Source of the DNA: a virus
Direction: 5' to 3' (one strand)
Length of the DNA stretch: 64,000 nucleotides
Virus genome (UHGV): UHGV-1484817
Shown: piece by piece, positions 22,104 through 31,545 of the stretch
How the letters are laid out: the number at the start of each line of letters is the position of its first letter
How positions within the stretch are numbered: the stretch's first letter is position 1
Position numbers and translations under genes: made by a program
Notes under the pieces: model-generated
What the model saw: only the letters and a program-made list of their open reading frames with translations
Database searches by the model: none
What the model was told of the DNA's origin: nothing

Positions 22104-22108
22104 ATCTT

Positions 22109-22750
22109 TCAGAGATAATTACCTTTACCCGTCAATTCCCCTCGTGGTACTTGTTTTTGCGCCAGTGTTTGGGTTCCGCGAATTATGTTAATCAGAGGGC
22201 TTAGTAACGATGGTTCCTGGCGGGCCTCAACTTCTCCAGCCATTGCCCTGATGTAGTCGGCGCTGGCAACGTTGTTGTATTCCGTCGCAAAGCAACATAG
22301 TAACGTCAGAACATGCTCTGTCGTTATTTCACTCCAGTTGATGTTGAAAAATTCATCGCCTTTTTTATCGTGTTCGGAATCGAAGATGCTTTGGTGGAGG
22401 ATGTATTTGCCGGATTCCTTGCGCGGTAACTTGATCGCTTTCTGGCGTTCCAGCTCCTTGTAAATCTGCATTGCTTCAATCAGTACCGGCCTGCCGTTCA
22501 TGAAGGGATCGCGCAACCTTACACGCTGGCCAACTCGACCAGTAATAAAGCTGTTTTCCTCTTCCACCAGCACGATAAAACCCTTTTCCTCTTTTTCTCG
22601 CAATTCGCGCAGCAGCTGGAGTTCCATGTCGCGGCGGCGTTCAGGGTAGCTGGTCCGCTCAGCCATTATCAGCTCGTTGTTGATCCATGCAGCAGTCATT
22701 GACGCCGGTTTGCCGACGCTCATTGAAACAACGCATATTTTCTTATCCAT
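22109..22750 (-). CDS. mat: Mat-like particle maturation protein
   Basis: ORF 22109-22897 trimmed to MDKKICVV at 22750, which is preceded by a GGGGG RBS; position between ref and lxc as in P1. Confidence 0.45.
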   Translation of the reverse strand: MDKKICVVSMSVGKPASMTAAWINNELIMAERTSYPERRRDMELQLLRELREKEEKGFIVLVEEENSFITGRVGQRVRLRDPFMNGRPVLIEAMQIYKELERQKAIKLPRKESGKYILHQSIFDSEHDKKGDEFFNINWSEITTEHVLTLLCCFATEYNNVASADYIRAMAGEVEARQEPSLLSPLINIIRGTQTLAQKQVPRGELTGKGNYL

Positions 22751-22939
22751 AGCGCCCCCTACAAAAAAGAAAAGCCACCAGCGGCGGCTTAGCAATACAA
22801 CTGAAGGTAGCGCCCGGTACTCAGACTGTGCCGTCCATGGAATATTTGAAAAGGGATCCATCCGTACCGGGCATGTGATGATTCTGACTGAAGTCACTTG
22901 TCAGTTGTCAATTATTTCAGATTAAAAATAATATATTTA

Positions 22940-23500
22940 TTAGTGCATGATGTTTGCCATCTCATAGGCGTCAGCCAGCAACTCCATCTCTGACTTGTTC
23001 AGCAAGGTGAATTCTTTCTTGCCTCCAACCACACCATCGGCATGAACAGGGACCAGCCAGGGGTATTTTTCTCTTACTTCAGCCGGTGCTGCATGCTGGT
23101 GGTGCCATCTACAAAGGGGCAATTGCTTTTTGTGACAACCCGGCGCGGTACGACCGGAGATATGGTGCAGAGATACCTCTTCAGATATTACTCCATGCAT
23201 GTAGCAGGCAATGCAGGGGAGAGCGCCAAGAGCATTGGCGATGCTCCGTTCCTCCGCTGTCGATGTTCGCCCCTTCAAGCCACGAGATTTTATCTTTACC
23301 GCACTTTTCCGCGTTTTGCTGGCTGGTGGGCGCTCTTTCTGTTTAGCGATACGGCGGTCGATAGAATCCCGCATTTTCTGATATTGCGATTCTCGCCAGG
23401 CGGGGTCAGCCAACTTTTCCCGTTGCCGAGCGATCGCTCGTTCTCTGGCTGCCTTCTGCCACTCGCGGCGCTGTTCAAGTTTTTGTTCGATTGTTTTCAT
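22940..23500 (-). CDS. ref: Ref recombination enhancement function (HNH endonuclease)
   Basis: 186 aa from MKTIEQKLEQRREWQ; HNH-type motif LHHISGR...CHKKQLPLCRWHHQ; lies between cre/cra and mat as in P1. Confidence 0.9.
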   Translation of the reverse strand: MKTIEQKLEQRREWQKAARERAIARQREKLADPAWRESQYQKMRDSIDRRIAKQKERPPASKTRKSAVKIKSRGLKGRTSTAEERSIANALGALPCIACYMHGVISEEVSLHHISGRTAPGCHKKQLPLCRWHHQHAAPAEVREKYPWLVPVHADGVVGGKKEFTLLNKSEMELLADAYEMANIMH

Positions 23501-23586
23501 ATGGCAAAAAAAAGGCGGCCTAATGGCCGCCAATGATGTCAAGGAGTTAAGTAATGGCAACGTCTTCGTAGTTGACAAAAACTTCG

Positions 23587-23615
23587 GCTTAATTATAGCA
23601 ATCAATTAGAGCAAT
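23587..23615. promoter_or_regulatory. C1 operator-like sequences upstream of ref (Op2-like)
   Basis: AATTATAGCAAT followed by CAATTAGAGCAAT, partial matches to the operator consensus, 90-110 nt upstream of the ref start. Confidence 0.45.
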
Positions 23616-23746
23616 GGTAGATATTTTGTTAATCGCGAATCACATTTTTTCACTTCAGTACCTGTGTGCTATACTCCTTCTTGATTGATTGGATGCGGAA
23701 TACAAACCCGCTCTTTTGTGCAGCCTGGCTCCTTGCCAGGCTTTTT

Positions 23747-24058
23747 TTATTTCATCATGGAAGCTGTTAACGCTTTGGATCTTGCTGAACTGATTGAAAG
23801 GGCATTGTTTACCTTACCCAGGAGTTCGCCAAATTCCGCCATCACTCTAGTAAGCCCGCGCCGCGCTTCCTCCTCCGTTGCATTCATCACAAAATGTTCA
23901 GCACTCCGCATACTTTTAACGGGGAACGCAACAGATATCGAGTCGATATCAGGCATCCTATCGCTCAACTTTACGGTGACAATGACAGATGGTGACTGAA
24001 TTTGAGAGCTTACAGACAGCACCACATATTTTCCGTCTATTTTGAAATCCTTCCGCAT
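23747..24058 (-). CDS. cra: Cra-like (cre-associated) protein
   Basis: 103-aa ORF directly downstream of cre on the same strand; synteny. Confidence 0.45.
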   Translation of the reverse strand: MRKDFKIDGKYVVLSVSSQIQSPSVIVTVKLSDRMPDIDSISVAFPVKSMRSAEHFVMNATEEEARRGLTRVMAEFGELLGKVNNALSISSARSKALTASMMK

Positions 24059-24074
24059 GTGTCACCATAAATAT

Positions 24075-24091
24075 CAAATAATTAGAGCAAT
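24075..24091. promoter_or_regulatory. C1 operator-like site between cre and cra
   Basis: CAAATAATTAGAGCAAT, 14 of 17 matches to the operator consensus. Confidence 0.4.
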
Positions 24092-24108
24092 CAAGAGTAA
24101 ATAAACGG

Positions 24109-25140
24109 CTAGTCGCCATCTTCCAGCAGGCGCACCATTGCCCCCGTTTCACTATCCAGGTTACGAATGTAGTTCATGACAATATTTACGTTGGTCCAGC
24201 CACCAGCTTGCATGATCTCCGGTATTGAAACTCCGGCGCGGGCCATATCTCGCGCGGCACCGACACGGGCACTATGTCCAGACCAGGCCAGGTATCGCTG
24301 ACCAGAGTCATCTTTTGCCCCGTAAATCAATCGGTGAGTTGCTTCAAAAATCCCTTCCAGGGCGCGAGTTGATAGCTGGCTGGTGGATGATGGCGCGGCA
24401 ACACCATTTTTTCTGACCCGGCAAAACAGGTAGTTATTAGGATCATCAGCTACACCAGAGACAGAAATCCATCGCTCGACCAGTTTAGTTACCCCCAGGC
24501 TAAGTGCCTTCTCTACACCTGCGGCGCTAACCAGCGTTTTCGTTCTGCCAATATGGATTAACATTCTCCCACCGTCAGTACGTGAGATATCTTTAACCCT
24601 GATCCTGGCAATTTCTGCTATACGTAGCAGGGTATTATAAGCAATCCCAAGAAATGCCAGATTACGTATATCCTGGCAGCGATCGCTATTTTCCATGAGT
24701 GAACGAACCTGGTCGAAATCAGTGCGTTCGAACGCCAATGCCTGTTTTGCACGCTCACCGGCATCAACGTTTTCTTTTCGGATCCGTCGCATGACCAGTG
24801 AAACAGCATTGCTGTCACTTGGTCGTGGCAGCCCGGACCGACGATGAAGCATATTTAGCTGGCCCAAATGTTGCTGGATAGTTTTTACTGCCAGACCGCG
24901 CGCCTGAAGATATAGAAGATAATCGCGAACATCTTCAGGTTCTGCGGGAAACCATTTCCGGTTATTCAACTTGCACCATGCCGCCCACGACCGGCAAACG
25001 GACAGAAGCATTTTCCAGGTATGCTCAGAAAACGCCTGGCGATCCCTGAACATGTCCATCAGGTTCTTGCGAACCTCATCACTCGTTGCATCGACCGGTA
25101 ATGCAGGCAAATTTTGGTGTACGGTCAGTAAATTGGACAT
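24109..25140 (-). CDS. cre: Cre site-specific tyrosine recombinase
   Basis: 343 aa beginning MSNLLTVHQNLPALPVDATSDEVRKNLMDMFRDRQAFSEHTWK, recognised as Cre; starts about 420 bp from loxP. Confidence 0.98.
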   Translation of the reverse strand: MSNLLTVHQNLPALPVDATSDEVRKNLMDMFRDRQAFSEHTWKMLLSVCRSWAAWCKLNNRKWFPAEPEDVRDYLLYLQARGLAVKTIQQHLGQLNMLHRRSGLPRPSDSNAVSLVMRRIRKENVDAGERAKQALAFERTDFDQVRSLMENSDRCQDIRNLAFLGIAYNTLLRIAEIARIRVKDISRTDGGRMLIHIGRTKTLVSAAGVEKALSLGVTKLVERWISVSGVADDPNNYLFCRVRKNGVAAPSSTSQLSTRALEGIFEATHRLIYGAKDDSGQRYLAWSGHSARVGAARDMARAGVSIPEIMQAGGWTNVNIVMNYIRNLDSETGAMVRLLEDGD

Positions 25141-25466
25141 TTAACACTCAGATAATGGTTTTAAGTAAAGTGTACAGGATCGGCTCTGCCTTTACCTGTT
25201 TATGGTTCTCGTCATAGAAACGCCAGCGACCGCGCGTGCGTTCTATTTTCTCTTCACCGCGCGATAATGACAGTTGACAACTATCACGATCAAACCCTTT
25301 TGCCCGCCAGTAACCACGGTTTTTCTCAAGCTCAATATGAGTGGACACTTTAGCAGCTGAATATCCCATTTTTCACCTCTGATTGATTGGTGGTGCTAAG
25401 TGCGCTACGCGAAATCTGGAGCACTAACACTGCCAACATTTCGCAGATTTTACGTAGCGCAACCTT

Positions 25467-25538
25467 GATCAAATGATCAAGTGATCACTATTTGACCTGA
25501 TAAGGTATTGAACTGTATGGATTTACAGGTAAATTGAT
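25467..25538. promoter_or_regulatory. Dam GATC cluster in the cre promoter region
   Basis: Four GATC sites (three within 20 bp) between the cre start and loxP; matches the known Dam-sensitive cre promoter. Confidence 0.5.
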
Positions 25539-25558
25539 CATGTTCAATAACCCTTAAG

Positions 25559-25592
25559 ATAACTTCGTATAATGTATGCTATACGAAGTTAT
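25559..25592. other. loxP: loxP recombination site
   Basis: Exact ATAACTTCGTATA-ATGTATGC-TATACGAAGTTAT. Confidence 0.98.
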
Positions 25593-25635
25593 TAGGTCTG
25601 AAGAGGAGTTTACGTCCAGCTGCGCATAAAAATCA

Positions 25636-25652
25636 AGAATTATTAGAGCAAT
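25636..25652. promoter_or_regulatory. C1 operator-like site (Op99 cluster)
   Basis: AGAATTATTAGAGCAAT, 15 of 17 matches. Confidence 0.5.
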
Positions 25653-25712
25653 AAATTTTGAGAGAAAAATCCCACTCCACCAGCCAAAAACTGGATTGTT
25701 TTTCATAGTTGT

Positions 25713-25741
25713 TTGACAATTGCTCTAATAAATTATAGTTT
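25713..25741 (+). promoter_or_regulatory. coi/c1 promoter with embedded C1 operator
   Basis: TTGACA -35, then the 17-bp ATTGCTCTAATAAATTA (16 of 17), then TATAGT -10; reads toward coi and c1. Confidence 0.65.
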
Positions 25742-25973
25742 TGCCGCCGTTTCGTAATACGACTTTGGATTCACTATTTAATGTGTCTTCAGCGTTGTAG
25801 AGCGGCTCAGAAGGAAATGAGCAAACAGGGAAACCTTATACAACGGCATTACAGCTATGCATTGCTCATCTTACACACAGCGCAATGTTGTTAGATTACC
25901 CCAGCATGGATCATGGGTGAAACAGTAGGTCAGAGCTTCAGGCTCTGTGTTGTCAATACAGTGAGGCATAATT

Positions 25974-26183
25974 ATGGCTTTCATTCCACCAACCATCGAC
26001 GACGTTAGACATTGCTCTAACGCTTTATCTGTAGACCCCGCCGAAACCGACGCTGCCCGCGCCATTGCTGAACACTACTCAAAGATATCCAATCAGGAGT
26101 ACCGCATCACCCAAGACGACCTGGATGATCTCACTGACACAATCGAATATCTCATGGCCACTAACCAGCCAGACTCACAATAA
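25974..26183 (+). CDS. coi: Coi, C1 inactivator
   Basis: 69-aa ORF directly upstream of c1, with the size recalled for P1 Coi. Confidence 0.85.
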   Translation: MAFIPPTIDDVRHCSNALSVDPAETDAARAIAEHYSKISNQEYRITQDDLDDLTDTIEYLMATNQPDSQ

Positions 26184-26293
26184 ATGCACTAATAAATCTA
26201 TTATTTTCGTTGGATCCTTCTATAATGGTGGCCAACAACTCCCAGTGTAATCCGCTGTGAGTTGTTGGCCATGTCAATTCTGGAGGAGGATCA

Positions 26294-27145
26294 ATGATAA
26301 ATTATGTCTACGGCGAACAACTGTACCAGGAGTTCGTCAGCTTCAGGGATCTCTTTCTAAAAAAAGCTGTTGCACGCGCCCAACACGTTGATGCCGCCAG
26401 CGACGGTCGTCCTGTACGCCCGGTTGTCGTTCTGCCGTTCAAAGAAACTGACAGCATTCAGGCTGAAATTGATAAATGGACTTTAATGGCGCGGGAACTG
26501 GAACAGTACCCAGACCTCAATATCCCAAAGACTATTTTATATCCAGTGCCTAACATCCTTCGCGGTGTGCGTAAGGTTACGACTTATCAGACAGAAGCTG
26601 TGAACAGCGTCAACATGACTGCTGGCCGCATTATTCATCTGATTGATAAGGACATTCGCATCCAAAAAAGCGCGGGGATCAATGAGCACAGTGCGAAATA
26701 CATAGAGAACCTGGAAGCAACAAAAGAGCTAATGAAGCAGTACCCGGAGGATGAAAAATTCCGTATGCGTGTACACGGCTTTAGCGAAACAATGCTGCGC
26801 GTCCACTACATTTCCAGTAGCCCTAACTACAATGATGGTAAATCAGTTAGTTACCATGTGCCACTGTGTGGCGTGTTTATCTGCGATGAAACTCTCCGTG
26901 ATGGAATTATCATCAACGGTGAATTCGAAAAAGCAAAATTTAGCCTTTATGACTCCATAGAACCGATCATCTGCGACCGCTGGCCGCAAGCAAAAATATA
27001 TCGCCTGGCAGATATTGAAAATGTAAAAAAACAAATTGCCATCACTCGCGAAGAGAAAAAGGTTAAGTCAGCCGCATCAGTTACGCGCAGCCGTAAAACC
27101 AAGAAGGGGCAGCCAGTAAACGACAACCCCGAAAGCGCGCAATAA
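26294..27145 (+). CDS. c1: C1 repressor of lysis
   Basis: 283 aa, the size of P1 C1; sits beside loxP/cre and the operator cluster; sequence recognised as C1. Confidence 0.95.
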   Translation: MINYVYGEQLYQEFVSFRDLFLKKAVARAQHVDAASDGRPVRPVVVLPFKETDSIQAEIDKWTLMARELEQYPDLNIPKTILYPVPNILRGVRKVTTYQTEAVNSVNMTAGRIIHLIDKDIRIQKSAGINEHSAKYIENLEATKELMKQYPEDEKFRMRVHGFSETMLRVHYISSSPNYNDGKSVSYHVPLCGVFICDETLRDGIIINGEFEKAKFSLYDSIEPIICDRWPQAKIYRLADIENVKKQIAITREEKKVKSAASVTRSRKTKKGQPVNDNPESAQ

Positions 27146-27148
27146 ATT

Positions 27149-27170
27149 ATGCCCGGCATCAACCGGGCAT
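27149..27170. terminator. Bidirectional hairpin between convergent c1 and the ant-like gene
   Basis: ATGCCCGG-CATCAA-CCGGGCAT in the 32-bp gap. Confidence 0.5.
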
Positions 27171-27177
27171 TCTTCCA

Positions 27178-28290
27178 TTATTCAGCCGCCACCGGTTTTA
27201 ACAAGCCAGCATCGAGCAGTTTACGCGTCAACCACTGCTGGCCTTTACCCGTTAATTGAGGCGTCAACCGTATCTGGTAGCCATCTTCATCATCCAGCAC
27301 CACTTCTTTCACCGTGAAATACCCCGCGTTGATGTACTGCTGGAACGGCACATTTTTACGTCCACCGGACGCTATCAGGATGCCGTTCTCCCGTAACCAG
27401 GCAAACAGCGCGTTTTGCTTAAGTCCAACAACCTTTGCAAAATTCCCAATCAGGATCCCTTTAGCTACTGATACCCGGTCGGCAAAATCGACCTTAGGAG
27501 CGGCGGCTACCAGCTGCTGATTTAGCTGGTGGGCTTTCTGTTCCAGAAGCTGCTTTTGTTCAGCCAGTTCGGCAGCCAGGCGTAGGGCTTCTGGTAATGT
27601 TTGGGGGATTGCAACCGGTTGCTGTTCTTTTTGCCGGAAGTAGCTGTCTTCCAGTTTTTCAAAGAATGCCCATGCTTCATTTGTGTCCACGATCTTAGAC
27701 ATGCGTGCAGCGCCGCGCTCTGTCCAGAGTGTAAGGCTTCTGGCGTTCTTACCAACAGAGTAACTTCCGGTTACTCTGTTCTTAAATTCTCTTAATTTTA
27801 AACCAGTTAGAAGAAAGTAATGCTTACCTTCTTCAAAGCGGTCAAGGTTGCGAGACAAATTGTTGCGAATATTGGCTTCATCGACCCCATACCCTCTAGC
27901 AAGAGTTTCGGTTGTCACGACACGTACTCCCTGCCATTCCAGAACGGGAATTTCATCCGGCTGATTCTGAACAACCACCAGTTCCGATTCCTGAACTGAA
28001 GGTGCATAAATTTTTTCTGATTTAACGTTAGTTGCTTTCATTCTGTGTGCCTCCTTGCGTGCTTCGGCTGCGACGGTTGCGTAATTCAGATGACCCTGTT
28101 CGAGCAGGTATTCACGGATATCGGTTAGCAGAATGCGGTGAACCGCGTGTTTGTCCTTTCTCCGGTAAAGTTGTTTGGTGATCATGAAGTAGTTGGCAAT
28201 AACGCCCGGTATATCCCTGGTACTGATACAGGCAGTGTGCTGTTCAATTGCCTCGATCATCTCTTCACGGGTGACTAATGACGTTCTCAT
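27178..28290 (-). CDS. Antirepressor-like protein (ORF6N-type region plus KilA-C/Ant C-terminal domain)
   Basis: 370 aa; middle region VVTTETLARGYGVDEANIRNNLSRNLDRFEEGKHYFLL; C-terminal FAKVVGLKQNALFAWLRENGIL...GYF typical of phage antirepressor C-domains; AGGAGGG RBS; ATG overlaps the stop of the upstream small ORF. Confidence 0.75.
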   Translation of the reverse strand: MRTSLVTREEMIEAIEQHTACISTRDIPGVIANYFMITKQLYRRKDKHAVHRILLTDIREYLLEQGHLNYATVAAEARKEAHRMKATNVKSEKIYAPSVQESELVVVQNQPDEIPVLEWQGVRVVTTETLARGYGVDEANIRNNLSRNLDRFEEGKHYFLLTGLKLREFKNRVTGSYSVGKNARSLTLWTERGAARMSKIVDTNEAWAFFEKLEDSYFRQKEQQPVAIPQTLPEALRLAAELAEQKQLLEQKAHQLNQQLVAAAPKVDFADRVSVAKGILIGNFAKVVGLKQNALFAWLRENGILIASGGRKNVPFQQYINAGYFTVKEVVLDDEDGYQIRLTPQLTGKGQQWLTRKLLDAGLLKPVAAE

Positions 28291-28508
28291 AGTCCCTCCT
28301 GAGCAGAAGCGTTAACAGGGAGGCACCAGTAACTGAGAGAATTGCGCGAATCGATAGAAAAGCGGGCAGAGAAAATACAGGGAGCATCCGGAAGCTGAGA
28401 ACGTGCCTCATCTTCTGTCGGTGCAATAACGAAGTGATAGTGACGTTTTTGGCAGGAGTAAAAGCGCCAGATAAATTCAGAATGAGCAGGGGTAGGGATA
28501 GTAGCCAC
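28287..28508 (-). CDS. Icd-like small ORF translationally coupled to the ant-like gene
   Basis: 73 aa; GTG start 8 nt after GGAGG; TGA overlaps the ant ATG (ATGA). Confidence 0.4.
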   Translation of the reverse strand: MATIPTPAHSEFIWRFYSCQKRHYHFVIAPTEDEARSQLPDAPCIFSARFSIDSRNSLSYWCLPVNASAQEGL

Positions 28509-28589
28509 AATGGCAGCCTCCTTTTGCTAATTTAAGGAGCTACCGCGTGAGGTTCCAATCTCAATGGCGGTAGCACTGACTGGGTTGGA

Positions 28590-28670
28590 ACTACCGGCGC
28601 AAAAGGGAACCGGCCTGCCTTTCGGCAGCCCAGCCAGCACTACCATTGATCTCTGAGCTAAACGCTACGT
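28590..28670 (-). ncRNA. Candidate c4-like antisense regulatory RNA in the leader of the icd/ant-like operon
   Basis: Two predicted stem-loops whose loops carry CCCUUUUGC (complement of the downstream RBS GCAAAAGGAGG) and CAAUGG (complement of CCAUUG spanning the GTG start); boundaries are guesses. Confidence 0.35.
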
Positions 28671-28691
28671 ATGGCTGTGCGATGGCATGAC

Positions 28692-28716
28692 ACAAAAAAA
28701 GACGCTTTTGGCGTCT
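28692..28716 (-). terminator. Hairpin plus U-run in the leader (possible attenuator)
   Basis: On the minus strand AGACGC-CAAAA-GCGTCT followed by TTTTTTT, about 130 nt downstream of the promoter. Confidence 0.4.
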
Positions 28717-28848
28717 GTGTCGCCTTTTGCATTATCCGGGGTCTCAATCCCGGCACCCGTTTTAATGAGGTGCCTGATAAGCATAAACCGAAAATGCCTC
28801 AAGGCGCAAGAGGTCAGGTTCAATGTAACATCGGTAGTTAAAAAACAC

Positions 28849-28865
28849 AATTTATTAGAGCAAAT
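28849..28865. promoter_or_regulatory. C1 operator-like site overlapping the promoter of the antirepressor cassette
   Basis: Minus strand ATTTGCTCTAATAAATT with flanking TTGCTC (-35-like) and TAACTA (-10-like), just downstream of the pacB stop. Confidence 0.55.
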
Positions 28866-28867
28866 AT

Positions 28868-30352
28868 TCATTCGTTAAGCCATGCCAGAGCTTCATCAAC
28901 CTGCGCTTCGTCTTCGACGCTAAGCACTTCATCCTGGGGAACATAATCCGCCAGCATAGCGAAACAATATGTATCCCAATGGTCTGGTGAGTGCAGGTTG
29001 AGTTTTTTCTTCATATCCTCCTTACTCATCACCTTCCATTGACCTGCGGAGTTAATCCCTACAGGGATTTTCGACGCTTCCTCAATAGTTTCATTACCCT
29101 TATCCAGTCTCATACGACCAGATTTTACGGCCTCTGCGGCTTGAACGTTGGCATAAGCACGTTTATCAAAGTACAGGCTCTTATCTTCACGGCTATGCAT
29201 CTTTTTACCCCAGCGTATACGCTGTACGGTAATACCATAATACTCGTACATCAGATCCGCCGTTGCTTTACCCAGGCCATCGCCGTCTATCGCTATGGTG
29301 ATATTTGGGAATCGCTCAGGATTACATTCTGCGAAAATTTTGGCGGCAAGCTGCGTTTCTGTAACGTCTGTGTATTCCAGCATTCGATAGTTGATTACAC
29401 GGCGTTTATTTCGCTGGCCGGACACCATCATGATATTGATAACGGACTTATCCCGTCCCGTACCACCAGCAACGTCCACACATGCAAGCCAGCCCCATCC
29501 TTTTGCAATCTTGACTTTCCGCCGCGTTGCACGTTCAACCTCATCACGTCCAAGAAGGAAGCCATCCTGTGATTTAGGGAATAGGCCGCGTACCTTAATC
29601 ATGTACATAGGGTTATCACGCCCGCCGTACTCCGCCAGCTTCATTTTGATAAATGCTGGCGTTACCAACGGTGATTCCTCACTGTTAAGCGTGATCGCCG
29701 TATAAACGCCATCAGGGTTACCAGGACGCTTGGCCAGTTTATGGTGTGTATCGTAGAAATAGCCGCTTGGGCGTGTAGGCTGTGACAGCAATAAGATGCG
29801 GTTATCCTGTCCGGTAAGAGCACCGGTGATGATACCGAAAGCTCTATCACTGACACCGGAGGCTTCATCGATAATATACAGAAGATGATCTGCGTGTTCA
29901 CCGGCGAGAGCTTCTTCACTTCCCAGACGAAAGCCCTTCGGTACTACAGTCCATACACCTTTACCAGTAATCTCATAGAAAGCGGTTTCTGTCAGAACAA
30001 AATAATCAGCAAGCCATGGGAAACGGCTGGTGGCAGTAGCCCAGTTTATCTTGATGTACTTGAATATACCGGTCATTACCTGCTGAATTTTGTTCGCAAC
30101 GATAATGGCACGGGCACCTGGATACATGATTATGAACAACATGATCATGATAGAAGTCATGTCTGATTTCCCGGTACCGTGACCAGACGAAACAGATGTC
30201 TTGCTACCCTGTTCCTGCACAGACTCAATAATCAGATCCTGCTGCCAGGTAGGTGTTTTGCCGAACAAAACATCAGCGGCAGCAATCCAGTCATAACGAT
30301 ATAGCGCCACCAGCTCGCGCCAACGTGGATCCGTTACGCAACTTCTGGCCAT
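28868..30352 (-). CDS. pacB: Terminase large subunit PacB
   Basis: 494 aa; Walker [11 protein letters not shown], Walker [12 protein letters not shown]-terminal nuclease-like region; overlaps the pacA stop. Confidence 0.9.
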   Translation of the reverse strand: MARSCVTDPRWRELVALYRYDWIAAADVLFGKTPTWQQDLIIESVQEQGSKTSVSSGHGTGKSDMTSIMIMLFIIMYPGARAIIVANKIQQVMTGIFKYIKINWATATSRFPWLADYFVLTETAFYEITGKGVWTVVPKGFRLGSEEALAGEHADHLLYIIDEASGVSDRAFGIITGALTGQDNRILLLSQPTRPSGYFYDTHHKLAKRPGNPDGVYTAITLNSEESPLVTPAFIKMKLAEYGGRDNPMYMIKVRGLFPKSQDGFLLGRDEVERATRRKVKIAKGWGWLACVDVAGGTGRDKSVINIMMVSGQRNKRRVINYRMLEYTDVTETQLAAKIFAECNPERFPNITIAIDGDGLGKATADLMYEYYGITVQRIRWGKKMHSREDKSLYFDKRAYANVQAAEAVKSGRMRLDKGNETIEEASKIPVGINSAGQWKVMSKEDMKKKLNLHSPDHWDTYCFAMLADYVPQDEVLSVEDEAQVDEALAWLNE

Positions 30353-31545
30353 TAATCATCATCCCCGTATAGCTTGCGGGTAACTTCTTCGTCTTCCTCC
30401 TCGTCTTCGTCCAGGTCTTGTTCCAGCCATGGGTCGTTTGATACACCTTCAGTATCAACATCTCCATAACCGCCTGTATCAACGATATCGGCGATTTCTT
30501 CCCTACGCTGCTCAATCCACAATGCGGCATCGGCGCGGCGGTTGGCGGCCCGTTCTCGCGCAACTTTGTCCAGATCTTCAAGAGAAGGGCCACCGACGGC
30601 TGTTTGCCTTTCCTCATCATCGGTATTGGTCTTAGGAGCACGCAGATCGGCTTTGATTTGCTCCAGCATCAGGGGCGGCACTTTTCCGCCATGCGCCTCG
30701 ATGAATTCAGCTGCTTCCAGCACTGACCAGTTATTTTCACGCTTTCGTTCGTATGCCAGCTTAACAATGCCAGCTTGCCCCATAGATAAAGCGTGCTTTT
30801 CCGCCTCCCGGCTTTCTTTTCGATAGTTATTCCGGATGCTGTAAATGGTGTTGATCAGGCTGCTTATCTGCGCGGAACAGCTGTTTAGCATGCTCGCGAT
30901 ACGATATTCAGGCGGAGTCCCTTCATCATCGTCTTTTTGCTGATCGCGCATTTCCTGCACCAGACGAATACACGTATCCCTGGCATTCTCCAGCATAAGG
31001 AGATGAGAAAGAGACTTTTCCAGAAGAGTGGTTTCCAGAACATCGGCCCCGGACCGACGCAACATAGCGCGCGCAGCCTTCCGCGCTTCAACGTTATCTA
31101 TCAGGTAATCGCCAGCTTCGAATTCAAAGCGTTCACCATCATCATCCAGGGTGTCGCGTTCCAGGCGATCACGTAAGGTCCGGTGGGCGCGGGTGATCAC
31201 GTCATGATCATCAGAACGATCATTTATGCGCTTATTTTGGCGCTTCGCATTCTCGACTGCGGCACTGACAACGGCATTAACCCTTTGTTTTTCCGCTATT
31301 TCAGCCGCAATGTGATCACCTGCATGTTGATCATTAGAGTGATCAATGATCATGCTTTTTAGTGGCTTCCTGACTGGCTTATTTGGCTTGCGGCTGTCCG
31401 CTGTCCTGGTGTCTTCTTTGAAGGCACGGAGATAACGACGTGCAGTATTAGGGTTAAGATTAAACTCGGCGGCATACTGTGCGATGGTGTAACCACCATC
31501 TCGCGCCAGGCGAGCAAAATTCTTCTTGTGATCGTCCCAGGTCAC
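30352..31545 (-). CDS. pacA: Terminase subunit PacA (contains the pac site)
   Basis: 397 aa; N-terminal DNA-binding-like region, acidic C-terminus; GATC-rich pac repeats inside the coding sequence; start appears to be GTG. Confidence 0.9.
   Translation of the reverse strand: MTWDDHKKNFARLARDGGYTIAQYAAEFNLNPNTARRYLRAFKEDTRTADSRKPNKPVRKPLKSMIIDHSNDQHAGDHIAAEIAEKQRVNAVVSAAVENAKRQNKRINDRSDDHDVITRAHRTLRDRLERDTLDDDGERFEFEAGDYLIDNVEARKAARAMLRRSGADVLETTLLEKSLSHLLMLENARDTCIRLVQEMRDQQKDDDEGTPPEYRIASMLNSCSAQISSLINTIYSIRNNYRKESREAEKHALSMGQAGIVKLAYERKRENNWSVLEAAEFIEAHGGKVPPLMLEQIKADLRAPKTNTDDEERQTAVGGPSLEDLDKVARERAANRRADAALWIEQRREEIADIVDTGGYGDVDTEGVSNDPWLEQDLDEDEEEDEEVTRKLYGDDD
31190..31355. other. pac: pac packaging site
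   Basis: Three TGATCA-type hexamers at about 31194-31221 and four at about 31313-31352, separated by about 90 bp; matches the published P1 pac architecture of seven hexanucleotide elements. Confidence 0.7.

Noticed and set aside
22751-22897. N-terminal extension of the mat-like ORF to 262 aa
   Set aside because: The internal Met at 22750 has a strong GGGGG RBS and the extension would overlap the ref 3' region; the shorter form was preferred but not proven.
22921-22945. AT-rich sequence resembling an operator or late-promoter box upstream of mat
   Set aside because: Only a partial match to the operator consensus, and I could not recall the P1 late-promoter consensus reliably enough to call it.
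25148-25369. 73-aa ORF between loxP and the cre start
   Set aside because: Overlaps the known cre promoter and Dam-site region; no RBS noted and no recognisable motif; left unannotated.
25871-26065. 64-aa minus-strand ORF overlapping coi, and candidate imcA/imcB ORFs upstream of coi
   Set aside because: The minus ORF is antisense to coi; the tiny + strand frames between the promoter and coi may correspond to P1 imcA/imcB but are too short to call from sequence alone.
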